Shown here: positions 47,000 to 59,499 of the stretch, piece by piece
Position numbering within the stretch: the stretch's first letter is position 1
Layout of the letters: every line of letters begins with the position of its first letter
Source of the DNA: Leucoraja erinacea
Lineage: Eukaryota
Assembly: GCF_028641065.1 (NCBI RefSeq)
Contig: NC_073385.1
Coordinates: 21,452,001 to 21,516,000 of the forward strand
Length of the DNA: 64,000 bases
Direction: 5' to 3'
The notes under the pieces: model-generated
What the model was told of the DNA's origin: nothing
The model's input: only the letters and a program-made list of their open reading frames with translations
The model's database searches: none
Position numbers and translations under genes: made by a program

Positions 47000-49630
47000 T
47001 GATAACCAGTGAGCCTGACATCAGTGTTGGGTATGATACTGGAGGGGGTTACAAGATACAGGATCAACCAGCATTTGGATTGATAATGATTGATTAGGGA
47101 TAGTCCACTTGGAACTGTGCATGGAAATCACATCTCACTAATCTGTGAAGAGTTTTTTGAAGAGGTGACCAAGAGGATTGATGAGGGCAGTGTGATGAAC
47201 ATTGTCAAAGTGGACCTTAGCAAGGCCTTGGACAAGATCCCCCATGGTAGACTAGTCTGGAAGGTTAGATTGCATGGGATCTATGGAGAGCTAGTTAATT
47301 GGTTACAAAATTGGCTTGATGGTTGAAGCAGAGGGTAAAGGTGGAATTCTGGAGGCCTGTCGATAGTGATGTGTTACAAACCCATCGTTGTTTAAATGAA
47401 TTGGAGATTGCACACGACATGGTTAGTAAATTTGTAGATTGCATTAAGTAGGAGATATCACAGATAGTGAAACAGGTCATTGAACATTACAACGGGATTT
47501 GACCAACTAGGTAACTGACCCGACGAATGGCAAATGGCATTCAATTCAGTTCAGTGCGAAGTGTTATATTTTGGTAAGTCAAGAAAGGGGTAGAACTTCC
47601 ACAGTAAATGGGAGGGCCCTGGAAAATGAGGGGTCTAGGAGTACATATCACAGATAGAGTCAGTTATTAAAGATGGGATAGCAGCACATTTGGAAAGTGG
47701 TGAAATCATTGGACAAAGTCAGCATGGATTTACGAAAGGTAAATCATGTCTGACGAATCTTATAGAATTTTTCGAGGATGTAACTAGTAGCGTGGATAGG
47801 GGAGAACCAGTGGATGTGGTGTATCTGGACTTCCAGAAGGCTTTCGACAAGGTCCCACATAAAAAATTAGTATACAAACTTAAAGCACAAGGCATTGGGG
47901 GTTCAGTATTGATGTGGATAGAGAACTGGCTGGCAAACAGGAAGCAAAGAGTAGGAGTAAACGGGTCCTTTTCACAATGGCAGGCAGTGACTAGTGGGGT
48001 ACCCCAAGGCTCAGTACTGGGACCCCAGCTATTTACAATATATATTAATGATCTGGATGAGGGAATTGAAGGCAATATCTCCAAGTTTGCGGATGACACT
48101 AAGCTGGGGGGCAGTGTTAGCTGTGAGGAGGATGCTAGGAGACTGCAGGGTGACTTGGATAGGCTGGGTGAGTGGGCAAATGTTTGGCAGATGCAGTATA
48201 ATGTGGATAAATGTGAGGTTATCCATTTTGGTGGCAAAAACAGGAAAGCAGACTATTATCTAAATGGTGGCCGATTGGGAAAGGGGGAGATGCAGCGAGA
48301 CCTGGGTGTCATGGTACACCATTCATTGAAGGTAGGCATGCAGGTGCAGCAGGCAGTAAAGAAAGCGAATGGTATGTTAGCTTTCATTGCAAAAGGATTT
48401 GAGTATAGGAGCAGAGAGGTTCTACTGCAGTTGTACAGGGTCTTGGTGAGACCACACCTGGAGTATTGCGTACAGTTTTGGTCTCCAAATTTGAGGAAGG
48501 ACATTATTGCCATAGACGGAGCGCAGAGACGGTTGACCAGACGGAGTCCTGGGATGTCAGGACTGTCTTATGAAGAAAGACTGGATAGACTTGGTTTATA
48601 CTCTCTATAATTTAGAAGATTGAGAGGGGATCTTATAGAAACTTACAAAATTCTTAAGGGGTTGGACAGGCTAGATGCAGGAAGATTGTTCCCGATGTTG
48701 GGGAAGTCCAGGACAAGAGGTCACAGCTTAAGGATAAGGGGGAAATACTTTAAAACCGAGATGAGAAGAACTTTTTTCAGCAGAGAGTGGTGAATCTCTG
48801 GAACTCTCTGCCACAGAGGGTAGTTGAGGCCAGTTCATTGGCTATATTTAAGAGGGAGTTAGATGTGGCCCTTGTGGCTAAGGGGATCAGGGGGTATGGA
48901 GAAAAGGCAGGTACGGGATACTGAGTTGGATGATCAGCCATGATCATATTGAATGGCGGTGCAGGCTCGAAGGGCCGAATGGCCTACTCCTGCACCTAAT
49001 TTCTATGTTTCTATGTTTCTATGTTTCTACATATGCATAATTCCTTGAAGATGGTATTATAAATAGAGAGATGAATAGATTTTTGAATTGCTGGCATGCA
49101 TCAATCAGGCCACTGAGTACAGCAGTTGAGATGTTGTACAAGATGCATTTTGAGAATTGTACAGTATATCGTTTCTTTCACCCAGCTATAGGAGAGAGTG
49201 CAGAGTAGATTTACGAGTATGTTGCCGGGATGAGGGCCTGAGTTATAAAGAGATGTTGGGTGGGGTGGAACTTTATTTTTTGGAACGTGGGAGACTGAGT
49301 GACATTATGGAGTCTCTTAAGGCCACGAATGGCGTAGGTAAGGTGAATGCACACTTTTTCTCAGGAAGGGGAATTAAAAACTAGAGGGCATACATTTAAA
49401 GTGAGAGCGGAAAGATTTAAAAGGGACCTGATGGTTAACTACTTCACACAGAGGGTGTTGAGTATATGGAACACGCTGCAAGTGTAAGTGCAATATTAAC
49501 AATATTTCAAAAACAGGTACATGGACAGGAAAGCTTTAAAAGGAGAATGGTCCAATGTAGGACAATTGGAATAGCTTAGAGCGTCATGATGGTTGGGCCA
49601 ATGGACCTGTTTCTACGTATATGACTCTAT
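47000..49630 (+). mobile_element. Older CR1 RT-to-3' copy hosting a young CR1
   Basis: EFFEEVTKRIDEGSVMNIVKVDLSKALDKIPHGRLVWKVRLHGI; resumes after 49034 and ends tatgactctatgact. Confidence 0.82.
47649..49027 (+). mobile_element. Young 5'-truncated CR1 LINE with RT domain
   Basis: ORF 47690..48610 VYLDFQKAFDKVPH, SGVPQGSVLGP, KFADDTK; premature TAA at 48608-48610 (GAA in sister copies); (CTATGTTT)n tail; tacatat at 47642-47648 and 49028-49034. Confidence 0.95.
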
Positions 49631-49669
49631 GACTAACTCTACGACTGCCAACTAAACCTAAGGGTATGG

Positions 49670-49960
49670 TTCAGGCAAGATACAAAAGACTGCAGATGCT
49701 GAAATCTGAAGCAAAAGCAAACAGCTGGAGGAACTAAGTGTGTCAGACAACTGCAGGGGAAAGTGGACAGTCAATATTTTGGGTTGAGACCTTTCATCTG
49801 GATTGAAAGAGTAGAGGGGAGATGGCCAGTATAAAGAGATAAAGGGTTGCATGGAGCAAGAATTGCAGGCAATAAGCAGATCTAGGTGAGATGGGGTTGT
49901 TTGGCAGATGGAATCAGCTGGAGGAAGAAAGGGGTGGAGTTGGCATCATAGGCTGGGCGA
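49670..49960 (-). mobile_element. Older Penelope terminal region
   Basis: gactgcagatgctgaaatctgaagc...gctggaggaact...gggttgagacctttcatctgg. Confidence 0.7.
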
Positions 49961-50044
49961 TAGGCGGATACAACAATAGTTTACCCAGCTGTCAAAGGTT
50001 TTTAAAGCAATTTCATGGCGTCACTTGCTGGCCTTCCCCAATCT

Positions 50045-50337
50045 TTAGATTTTACTTTAGAGATACAGCACGGGAACAGGCCCTTCGGCCCATTGAGTAC
50101 ACACCGACCAATGATCCCCATACACTAGCACTTTCCTACACACTAGGGACAATTTACAATTTTACCGAAGCCAATTAACCTACATGTCTTTGATGTGTGG
50201 GAGGAAAATGGAGCACCTGGAGAAAACCCATGCGATCACAGGGTGAACGTTCAAACTCCATGCAGATAGCAACCATAGTCAGAATTAAACACGGAGCTCT
50301 GGTGCAGTAACTCTACTGCTGCACCGGTGGGCCACCC
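50045..50337 (-). mobile_element. HE1/V-SINE-like SINE
   Basis: Reverse match to the SINE consensus seen elsewhere in the window. Confidence 0.82.
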
Positions 50338-50454
50338 TCATTAGCACTATCTTGCTAAAACACTGAAGGGTCTTTTTGTTTTGAGCCAGCTGGTTTGCAT
50401 AGCACTGACATTGCCCACAAATAAAGGTTGAATGATACCATACAATTATACTAT

Positions 50455-51297
50455 GGCAAAAACAGGAAAGCAGACTATTATCTCAATGGTGGCCGACTAG
50501 GAAAAGGGGAGATGCAGCGAGACCTGGGTGTCATGGTACACCAGTCATTGAAAGTAGGCATGCAGGTGCAGCAGGCAGTGAAGAAAGCGAATGGTATAGA
50601 AACATAGTAGGCATGCAGGTGCAGCAGGCAGTGAAGAAAGCAAATGGTATGTTAGCTTTCATAGCAAAAGGATTTGAGTATAGGAGCAGGGAGGTTCTAC
50701 TGCAGTTGTACAGGGTCTTGGTGAGACCACATCTGGAGTATTGCGTACAGTTTTGGTCTCCAAATCTGAGGAGGGACATTATTGCCATAGAGGGAGTGCA
50801 GAGAAGGTTCACCAGACTGATTCCTGGGATGTCAGGACTGTCATATGAAGAAAGACTGGATAGACTTGGTTTATACTCTCTAGAATTTAGGAGATTGAGA
50901 GGGGATCTTATAGAAACTTACAAAATTCTTAAGGGGTTGGACAGGCTAGATGCAGGAAGATTGCTCCCGATGTTGGGGAAGTCCAGGACAAGGGGTCACA
51001 GCTTAAGGATAAGGGGGAAATCCTTTAAAACCGAGATGAGAAGAACTTTTTCACACAGAGAGTGGTGAATCTCTGGAACTCTCTGCCACAGAGGGTAGTT
51101 GAGGCCTGTTCATTGGCTATATTTAAGAGGGAGTTAGATGTGGCCCTTGTGGCTAAGGGGGTCAGGGGGTTTGGAGAGAAGGCAGGTACGGGATACTGAG
51201 TTGGATGATCAGCCATGATCATATTGAATGGCGATGCAGGCTCGAAGGGCCGAATGGCCTACTCCTGCACCTAATTTCTATGTTTCTATGTTTCTAT
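50455..51297 (+). mobile_element. Young CR1 3' fragment with internal duplication
   Basis: ORF 50613..51068 QVQQAVKKANGMLAFIAKGFEYRSRE...; (CTATGTTT)n tail. Confidence 0.94.
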
Positions 51298-52032
51298 ACA
51301 TCCTAATTAAATTGCTTGTGTCTGTTAAACTCTACACCCTATACAATCTGGGTTATGCTTTTACACTTTTCTATGTGGAATCCAATATCAATTAGAGGGA
51401 TGTTGCTCTTGCAATAATTCTCAGTGAAGCAAACGTTGGACAATAGTAATGATAATTACATTTCCATCTGACTCCCCAAATTAGATCTCCGATTTGGCAC
51501 AATTAGTACCAATTTGCCAATGTCACTCAAACAGTCTTGGGGATAAAAAGCCGATCAAATCAGGCAATACATAATGATGTTCTTCTTGGATGACAGCTAC
51601 AGCACACTGTCAGGCTGGCGCAGAAGGGATCGTGCAATCTTACAAGAGTGGAAATGTTAGAATCTGACACTGGAGAAGATGTGGCAGCCTGCTGCTGATT
51701 CAGACACAGTTATATTCATTTCCTAAAGCATATTCAGCTGGCATTATGCATTTTAAAAATAAGGGTTTAAATCACTTTTTTTAATCCATCCAGGATATAA
51801 AAATCAAATACTAGCTTTAAGGGAAGCAGGGCAAAAGAGATATGCAGGGCATGTATTTTACACATACGGTGGGTGGCATTTAAAATATTTTTGGATAGGC
51901 ATGTGGATATGGGTTATGTGCAGGTAGATAAATGATGGTTTTGGCATCATGTTCAGCACAGACATTGTGCTGCAAAGTACCTGTTCTTGTGCTATACTGT
52001 TCTATGTGCTAGGAGAATGAGTTAAATGCTAA

Positions 52033-52268
52033 GAAAAATCGAAGTGTTGGAGGAACTCAGTGGGTCAGGCAGCATCTGGGGAGGGAATGGATAGATGATG
52101 TTTCGAGTCGGGATTCTTCTTCAGAATTACACTATCAGTCTGAAGAAGGGACCCAACCTGAAAGGTCATCTGCCTGCTCCCTCTCCAGTTGCTGCCCGAC
52201 ACGCTGAGTTCCTCCAGCACTTTGTATTTTGCTCATGATTGTGGCATCTGCAGCTTCTCATGTCTCTG
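52033..52268. mobile_element. Fold-back Penelope-terminus element with 12-bp TSD
   Basis: Arms aagtgttggaggaactcag..gggtcaggcagcatctgg / ccagttgctgcccgacacgctgagttcctccagcactt; perfect gttaaatgctaa at 52021-52032 and 52269-52280. Confidence 0.87.
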
Positions 52269-53262
52269 GTTAAATGCTAACATGTTTTTTAATTTTATTC
52301 TTGCATATGTTATTTGCAAGGATAATTCATATATAATATATATATATATATGTTTGTGCACAAGAGAAAGGCAATGGGATGGGTTGAGAGAGAAAAAGAG
52401 AGAGAGATAAAAAGGGTGAGAGTATAGAAAGATAGATATTGAAAATCATCATTCATTTAAAATGTAATATTTAGCTTTAATAGGTCACTTTTGTTTCTTT
52501 TGTAGTGCTGACAGCCTTTTTAATGACACCAGTCATTTGTAACAGTGCCATTAAAATAATTAGAATAACGTGATTAGCATCCTCAATGCTCATTATGTCT
52601 CAAAACTGGGATGACAAAACATGATTTAATCCACAAAACCCCTTTGCTGAGAGAGTGTATTAATTGAGAATATCAGCTGTGGACCTATCCTTTCATCCGC
52701 AACAATTTGTTCCAAACAATGTGAATAAAAGCATTTCCTTTCTACTAATTAGATCTCAAAAGGGCAAAACTTTGTACATTATCGTAAGATTTACTTGGGT
52801 GCCAACCGGGAAAGCAATATAAACTGACAAATAATTTCATAATTAGTGAAATTTAAAAGCACATTTGAGCCCGTGTCATGCAAGAGCAATTACTTACGCA
52901 GAGTTTGAAGGAACACAACCAAAACTGCAGGAAGACCCATTATTAATTAATCTAAAGTGCAAGAAATAATTAGAAAACACTGCAAGCCATAAGCATGGAG
53001 GTTGTGTTAAATTGTCGTTTGTATGAGCATGGATACAGAGAATAAACGCTTCGATGAATTCGCCTTTAAAGAGGGTGCAAGATGGGAGGTGACAAGGAGA
53101 AGTTTTGGAGTTTTATGAGGTAAACAGAGACTCAGATTAAGGTTTGTGTTTACATTGGATGTGATGAGGCCAGGGCAGATGTGGACAGATTTAATGAATG
53201 TGGAATTAAGGCATCCTAAGTAAGGATGGCTGGAGTCTCCAGATCAAAGTGGGGAGGACTAA

Positions 53263-53498
53263 TGCCCCTGTCCCACTTAGGAAACCTGAACGGAAACCTC
53301 TGGAGACTTTGCGCCCCACCCAAGGTTTCTGTGCGGTTCCTGGAGGTTGCAGGTGGTTGCCAGAGGTTGCAGATAGTGGAAGCAGTGAGTGAGACTGACA
53401 AAAACCTCCTGGAAACTCCGGGAAACGCACGGAAACCTTGGGTGGGGCGCAAAGGCTCCAGAGGTTTCCGTTCAGGTTTCCCAAGTGGGACAGGGGCA
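53263..53498. mobile_element. PIF/Harbinger-type MITE with long TIRs
   Basis: ~75-bp near-perfect inverted arms tgcccctgtcccacttaggaaacctgaacggaaacctctggag...; TAA at 53260-53262 and 53499-53501. Confidence 0.93.
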
Positions 53499-55799
53499 TA
53501 AGTATGGAGAGTCAGTAGGGCAGAAAGGAATGGAACCAGATGAAGCCAGGTGGACTAGGCCATAGACAAGAACTACTGGGCCAAGATATCATGGGCGAAA
53601 TGTTGTGGCCAAACAAGGTAGTAAGCTGCAGCCCACCCTGAGAAGAAATTGATTTCAAATTTTGAAGAGAACCATTTCTGTGCCGTGGTAGAGCAGAAAT
53701 CTAATGAAAGGTATTTAAACCTGAGTAAAATAACTATGAAAGTGTGGAAGCAACTTAATAACTAAAGTAAAACAGGATGTTGAAGATGGGTTGGCTATTT
53801 GCATAGATGGAGGGATCAAGATGTGATTTTCGAAGAGATATAGTAGTGAACCTGAGCTGGTCCTAGGAGACTGGGGCTGAAAGAGAAAAATATTAACCCT
53901 GGTGAACACTAATTAGGGAAGTTGGCTGGTCAAGAGTTTGGTGGGAATTAGGGAGTTGGAGTAATGGGTAGAGAGACAAATACGAGCATTGCATTGACAG
54001 CAATAGTAGATGATAGAACCTGCATCATTTCATCTATCTGCTACAACAGTAGTTGCACTGCTTTACCCCACTTTCATAACAGCAGTTTTGGATGCTCCAA
54101 TGTTGAATGCATGTTAACTGTGGTAATATGAGTACTCAATGTTGAGACTATAGATTTGATTCATCTTCTCTAAACCAGTGCTACTTTTATTCAGTCTCAC
54201 CTGGCCTCAACGCTACCATGACATTTCCTTTGTTCTTTCCACCACCTCTTTCCCACCCTCTTATTTCATTTCTGACCTTATCACATTTCTAATGAAAGGT
54301 CTTTGACCTGAAACACTAACTTCCTCTCATCCTCCACAACTGCCTACTGATTAATTCCAGCAATATCTGGCTTTATTTTGTAGTTCCCTATGATTCCTTG
54401 TCCACTACCTTCTGCTTTTGGATGAAGCCTCTTGCTGAATATATTTCCTTTGTTTGATTCACAAATATGGAATTATCTGATTTTTCATAAATAGTTGTTT
54501 TTAGAATTCAAATCTTTGAAAATTCTCATGCAGTGTAAACATTTCCATAAAATAATATTAAGAAAAAAGCTGTCATGTTACTTGCTTTATGCCCAATTCA
54601 ATTATGCAAAAAGCTCAAAGCTATGAATGTGAAATTAGTTGGCAAGTTCAAAAAGGTTGCAATAAAAATTCAGTTTATAATTGCTTTTCTAACCTTGCAC
54701 TCAATGCTCATGGACTAATTGTGTAAGTGTGGTTGGAACATTTGTAGAGGATGGTATAAGAGATTGTAACCAGATCTTGTCGGGGCAGGAAATCCCACAG
54801 TGAGCTCAGTTGGTTGAACATTTTTCCTGCAGTCTTGTACTGGGACACACACTGAATGTGACAGCTAGTAAACGGCCTAGAGAGGACTAGGGGGCAGCTG
54901 AAACCTCAAGTGAAAGGCCAACAGAAATAGGTTTTCAGCAAGAAATGGAATGACTATGAACTAGGATGACATGAACGAGAATGATCCCTTGGATAGAGTG
55001 GATGTGGAGATGATGTTTCCGCTAGTGGGAATGTCTAGGACTGGAGGTCATAGCCTCAGAATTAAATGATGTTCTCCTAGGAAGAATTCCCAGGTCACAG
55101 TGCCGGGAAGTTATTGGTTGGGTTACCCATTGATAATGGTATATGTTATTGACACTTTAAGTGTCTTGCTGGCCCTAACGTCTTCTTGGCCCAATCTCCT
55201 CAGCCCCAACTTGAATTGGCCCATCGTTTCCACAGCAACCATATTAACTGGTCCAAACTATGCTTCTTACCCGAAGATTCATCAAATTTGCCGTCTCTGC
55301 AACAGCAGCAGGACCGCTGATGTTTAATAAGTAAACCCATGCCCAAACACTGTGACAACTGCCAAAGTCTTGTCTACAACATTACAAAATATAATACCTT
55401 TCAGTGATTTTTATTATTTCTAAGTATTAGTAAGAGGTGTCCCATTGATGTTTTTCCAGCATTGGCTGGCGTTTTCATATCATTGTTTTTTGGCACTGTA
55501 GTTTTCCTTTATCACAGCCGGTGTTTCTGCTGTCATTTCTTCTCTGCGAGCGATAATTGTCTCATCTGAGGCCCTTAGCGATTGGGAGAGTTGAACACGC
55601 TAGGGCTCTATTCCATGGAATTCAGGAGGCTGAGGGGTGATCTTATGGATGGGTATATGATCATGAGGTGTAGATATCACATACACATATTTGCAGTCAT
55701 ACAATTTTCAATATAAAATATATGTAAATGGTAGAAAGGTCTTGGACAGTCAGGAAGTGAGTCAGCAGGATACGCTCTCTCTGACCTGATTTAGAGACT

Positions 55800-56095
55800 A
55801 CAGTAGACTATAGACAATAGACAATAGGTGCAGGAGTAAGCCATTTGGCCCTTCGAGCCAGCACCGCCATTCAATGTGATCATGGCTGATCATCCCCAAT
55901 CTGTACCCCATTCCTGCCTCCTCTCCATATCCCCTGACTTCGCTATTTTTAAGAACCCTATCTAGCTCTTTCTTGAAAGCATCCAGAGAACCCGCCTCCA
56001 TGCCCTCGGAGGCAGAGAATTCCACAGACTCACCACTCTCTGTGAGAAAAAGTGTTTCCACGTCTCCGTTCTAAATGGCTTACTCCTTATTCTTA
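55800..56095 (-). mobile_element. CR1 3' end, (CTATTGT)n tail
   Basis: Matches 5216-5500. Confidence 0.9.
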
Positions 56096-56260
56096 AGACA
56101 GACAGACAGAGAAAGACAGACAGAGAAACAAAGACAAGAAAAATTAGAAGAAGAGAAAGAGAGACAGATAGATATGTGGACAAAAAGATGTTGAAACAGA
56201 GACAGAGGCGGGAAGGTAGACGAGGAGAAAGAAAGACAGAGGCAAAGAGAAAGGAAGCTG
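56096..56260. repeat. (GACA)/(GA)-rich low-complexity tract
   Basis: gacagacagacagagaaagacagacagag... Confidence 0.8.
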
Positions 56261-56287
56261 GAGTCAGAGGTGAGCAGAAGTGATGAA

Positions 56288-56418
56288 ATGTGTAGGAAGG
56301 AACTGCAGATGCTGGTTTAAACCAGAGATAGACACTAAAAGCTGGAGTAACTCAATGGGACAGGCAGCATCTCTGGAGAAAGGAATGGGTGACGTTTCGG
56401 GTCAAGACCCTTCTTCAG
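56288..56418 (-). mobile_element. Penelope terminal fragment with intact hammerhead-like core
   Basis: Reverse of 56391-56418 = ctgaaga-a-gggt-cttg-accc-gaaacgtc. Confidence 0.82.
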
Positions 56419-56639
56419 AGAGAGAGAAAGACATGGATGAAGACAAGCAGAATCAGGTAGAAAGTAGTAAAGAACATCAGCCCGAGACCGTCATTGAGAC
56501 AAAACTTGGACGCAAGCAGAATGGCAGACAGGAGTGAGAGCAGAGAAGGAGATTATAAGATTTCCCACCATAAGTGTAGGTAACCTCACTTTATACTTTG
56601 CCTGCTTACTAAAATAATTCACAATACTGCAACTTCAAT

Positions 56640-58330
56640 TCCAAAGAACTGGAGGAACTCATTGGGTCAGGCAGCATCTGGGGAGCGAATAGACAGGTGA
56701 CATTTGGGCCAGGACCCTTCTTCAGACTGATAGCTGTAGGTGGAATAAAGTTGGAAAAGAGAGGTGGGGGTGGGTAAAGCTGAGCAAGGGATAGGTAGAT
56801 ACAGATGAGGGAGTGAAGGCCTCAGCGTAGACGGAGGCACAAAAGGGTGTCAAATAAGGAGAGAAGAGAAGTAGTGAAATGGAAAAGCTGCTGGGAAGAA
56901 TATGGGGGGGGGGGGGGGAGGGGTCAATCGGGCAAGTAAAGGGAGACTTGGGGATAGGTGATGAGTGCATGAAGGAGGGGGAAGTAGGTGGTAACTGGGA
57001 GGTGTTGGAAGATGATGGGAGAGGGGTGTGAGTAGAAGGGGAATGGAAAGTGGGGGAGAAAGGATGAAAGGGAAATAGGGGATGGGGATTGGAGATGAGC
57101 GTACAACAGAGGGGATATGGGGTTGGGATATGGTGGGAGAAATGGAAGTGACTGGGGTGATGACGGGGGTGGGGAACACAAGAAGGAAAGTGGGGGTAGG
57201 AGGATATTACTTGAAGTTGGAAATTCAATGTGTTGCAAACAACCCAGGCAGAGGATAGGCGGCATGGTGGCCTTGCGGTAGAGCTACTGCCTTACAGCGC
57301 CAGAGACCCGGGTTGGATCTTGACTATGGCTGCAGTCATAGAAACATAGAAAATAGGTGCAGGAGTAGGCCATTCAGCCCTTTGAGCCTGCACCGCCATT
57401 CAATATGATCATGGCTGATCATCCAACTCAGTATCTTGTACCTGCCTTCTCTCCATACCCCCTGATCCCTTCAGCCACAAGGGCCACATCTAACTCCCTC
57501 TTAAATATAGCCAATGAACTGGCCTCAACTATCTTCTGTGGCAGAGAATTCCACAGATTCACCACTGTGTGAAAAATGTTTTTCTCATCTCGGTCCTAAA
57601 AGACTTCCCCCTTATCCTTAAACTGTGACCCCTTGTTTTGGACTTCTCCAACATTGGGAACAATCTTCCAGCATCTAGCCTGTACAGAGTCTGTACAGAG
57701 TTTTACATTCTGCCCGTGAATTGCGTGGGTTTTCTCCGAGATCTTCGGTTTCCTTCCACACTAAAAAGATGTACAAGTTTGTGGGTTAATTGCCTCGGTA
57801 TAAATGTAAAAATGTCCTTAGTGTGTGTGTGTCGGATAGTGTTAATGTGTGGCAATTGCTGTTCAGTGGAGACTGGGTGGGCCAAAGGGCCTGTTTCCGC
57901 ACTGTATATCTATAACTAAATACTAAAACTAAATGAGGCATGTTCCTCCAGTTGGCATGTGACCATACTCTGGCAAGGGCAGAAAGCTTGGTATGGGAAT
58001 GGGAAGGGGAGTTAAAATGGTTCGCAAGCATGAGATCCAACTGGCCTTGGCGGACAGAGCGTGTACCTGGTAAAATGCTAGCCGAGTTTACTCTTGGTCT
58101 GCCCATGTAAAGGAGGCCACATTGGGAACACCAAATGCAGTAGATGAGGTTGAAAGTGCTGCACATGACCCTCTATCTTACCTGGAAGGGCTGCTGGGGT
58201 CCTTGGAAGTGACGAGCGGAGGTGTAGGGACAGGTGCTACAGTTCCTGTGGTTACAGGGGAAAGTTCCTCGGGAGTTGAAAGATTGGGTGGGAAGGAAAG
58301 AGCGAATTAAGGAATTGCAGAAAAGATGGT
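56640..58330 (-). mobile_element. Penelope-like 3' part with nested SINE and CR1
   Basis: ORF 57786..58166(-) CSTFNLIYCIWCSQCGLLYMG (GIY-YIG); terminal motif at 56645-56730. Confidence 0.82.
57257..57932 (+). mobile_element. HE1/V-SINE-like SINE containing an antisense CR1 3' end (57338-57685)
   Basis: Head ggcggcatggtggccttgcggtagag..., body resumes at gtctgtacagag; the insert matches 39655-40025. Confidence 0.85.
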
Positions 58331-58467
58331 CTCATAAGATCATAAGGAATAGGAGTAAAATTCGGCTATTCAACCCATCAAGTCTACTTCGCCATTCAAT
58401 CATGGCTGATCTATCTCTACCTCCTAACCCCATTCTCCTGCCTTCTCCCCACAACCTCTGACACCTG

Positions 58468-58563
58468 GGTAGACAAAAATGCTGGAGAAACTCAGCAGGG
58501 GTGCGGCAGCATCTATGGAGCGAAGGAAATAGGCAACGTTTCGGGCCAGAACCCTTCTTCAGA
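58468..58563 (-). mobile_element. Short Penelope terminal insertion, same subfamily as 23368-23457
   Basis: Reverse reads ctgaagaagggttctggcccgaaacgttgcctatttccttcgctccatagatgctgc. Confidence 0.82.
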
Positions 58564-59499
58564 CACATCACAGAACGATGTCATGTTGGAGTTAGATATT
58601 GGATATGATACTGATCTGCTGGACCTGGGCCCAATTCTGCCATCCAACAATTCCAAGATGCTGTGATTGTCAAGAAGGAAATGCAAGAAGGAATTGGTCC
58701 ATGAGGAATGATGCCCCTGCATGAAGTTTGATCATGGAAACATTTAATTGAAAGCTGAGCAAGGTAGCATAAGTTAGTGGCATAATTGGCAGTGTGATTG
58801 GCAGAGAGTGCTTGCAAGCAACACAAACATAGAGACTCTACACTCCATTTTGTAACAGAAGTCTGAAAACTCATCAGATTATTAAAAAAATACCCAAAGT
58901 CCCACTTTTCCTGAGGTCTTTCGTCTCATACAAATATGCTAAAATGGGCATTAGATAAATGCCTTATATTGAAATTGGTTACATCTGGAAATTTCCTCTG
59001 ATATCTACATAGCAGTGACTGACATTCTTAATAGAAACAGAAGGCTGTTAATAACCAAATTTCTGACAGAAACAACTGCAGTGAAAACTATTTTCCCTCT
59101 TTATTAATGCATGGCTAATGCCCCTGGGTTTCCTTAGAATGATTCAACAATCTATTAATAAGCTTTGTGCATTGGGTCCACGACTGCATAAGCTGTCGGG
59201 ATCTTGGCAATATTGGCAAGTCCAGAAGGCATTAAGAATTTAGAGCCGGACTCAAGTCATGTGTAGGCTAAAGCCAGCTTGTTCCCTTCCCCACAGGGAG
59301 TCTGTCAGATTACGAAAAGCTGGCAGCTCTTGTGGTGAATTGTTCCACCGCCAACCCACAAGTTCGCTGATTTTATTGAATTCACTTGCCTCGGTGGGAT
59401 TTGAATTCATGACCTCCTGGCTATTTCCGTGGTGTCATCAGTGCCACACTCCGTTATTTTTAATTAATTTAACTGAAGACACATTCTGCCTTTGTATCA

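Noticed and set aside
47690-48610. 306-aa RT ORF as an active or domesticated gene
   Set aside because: 5'-truncated CR1 without endonuclease or ATG start, with a premature stop
56722-57265. Pro/Ser-rich ORFs and G-rich quadruplex-like tract (also 17029-17688, 23970-24386)
   Set aside because: Low-complexity purine/pyrimidine tracts inside TEs
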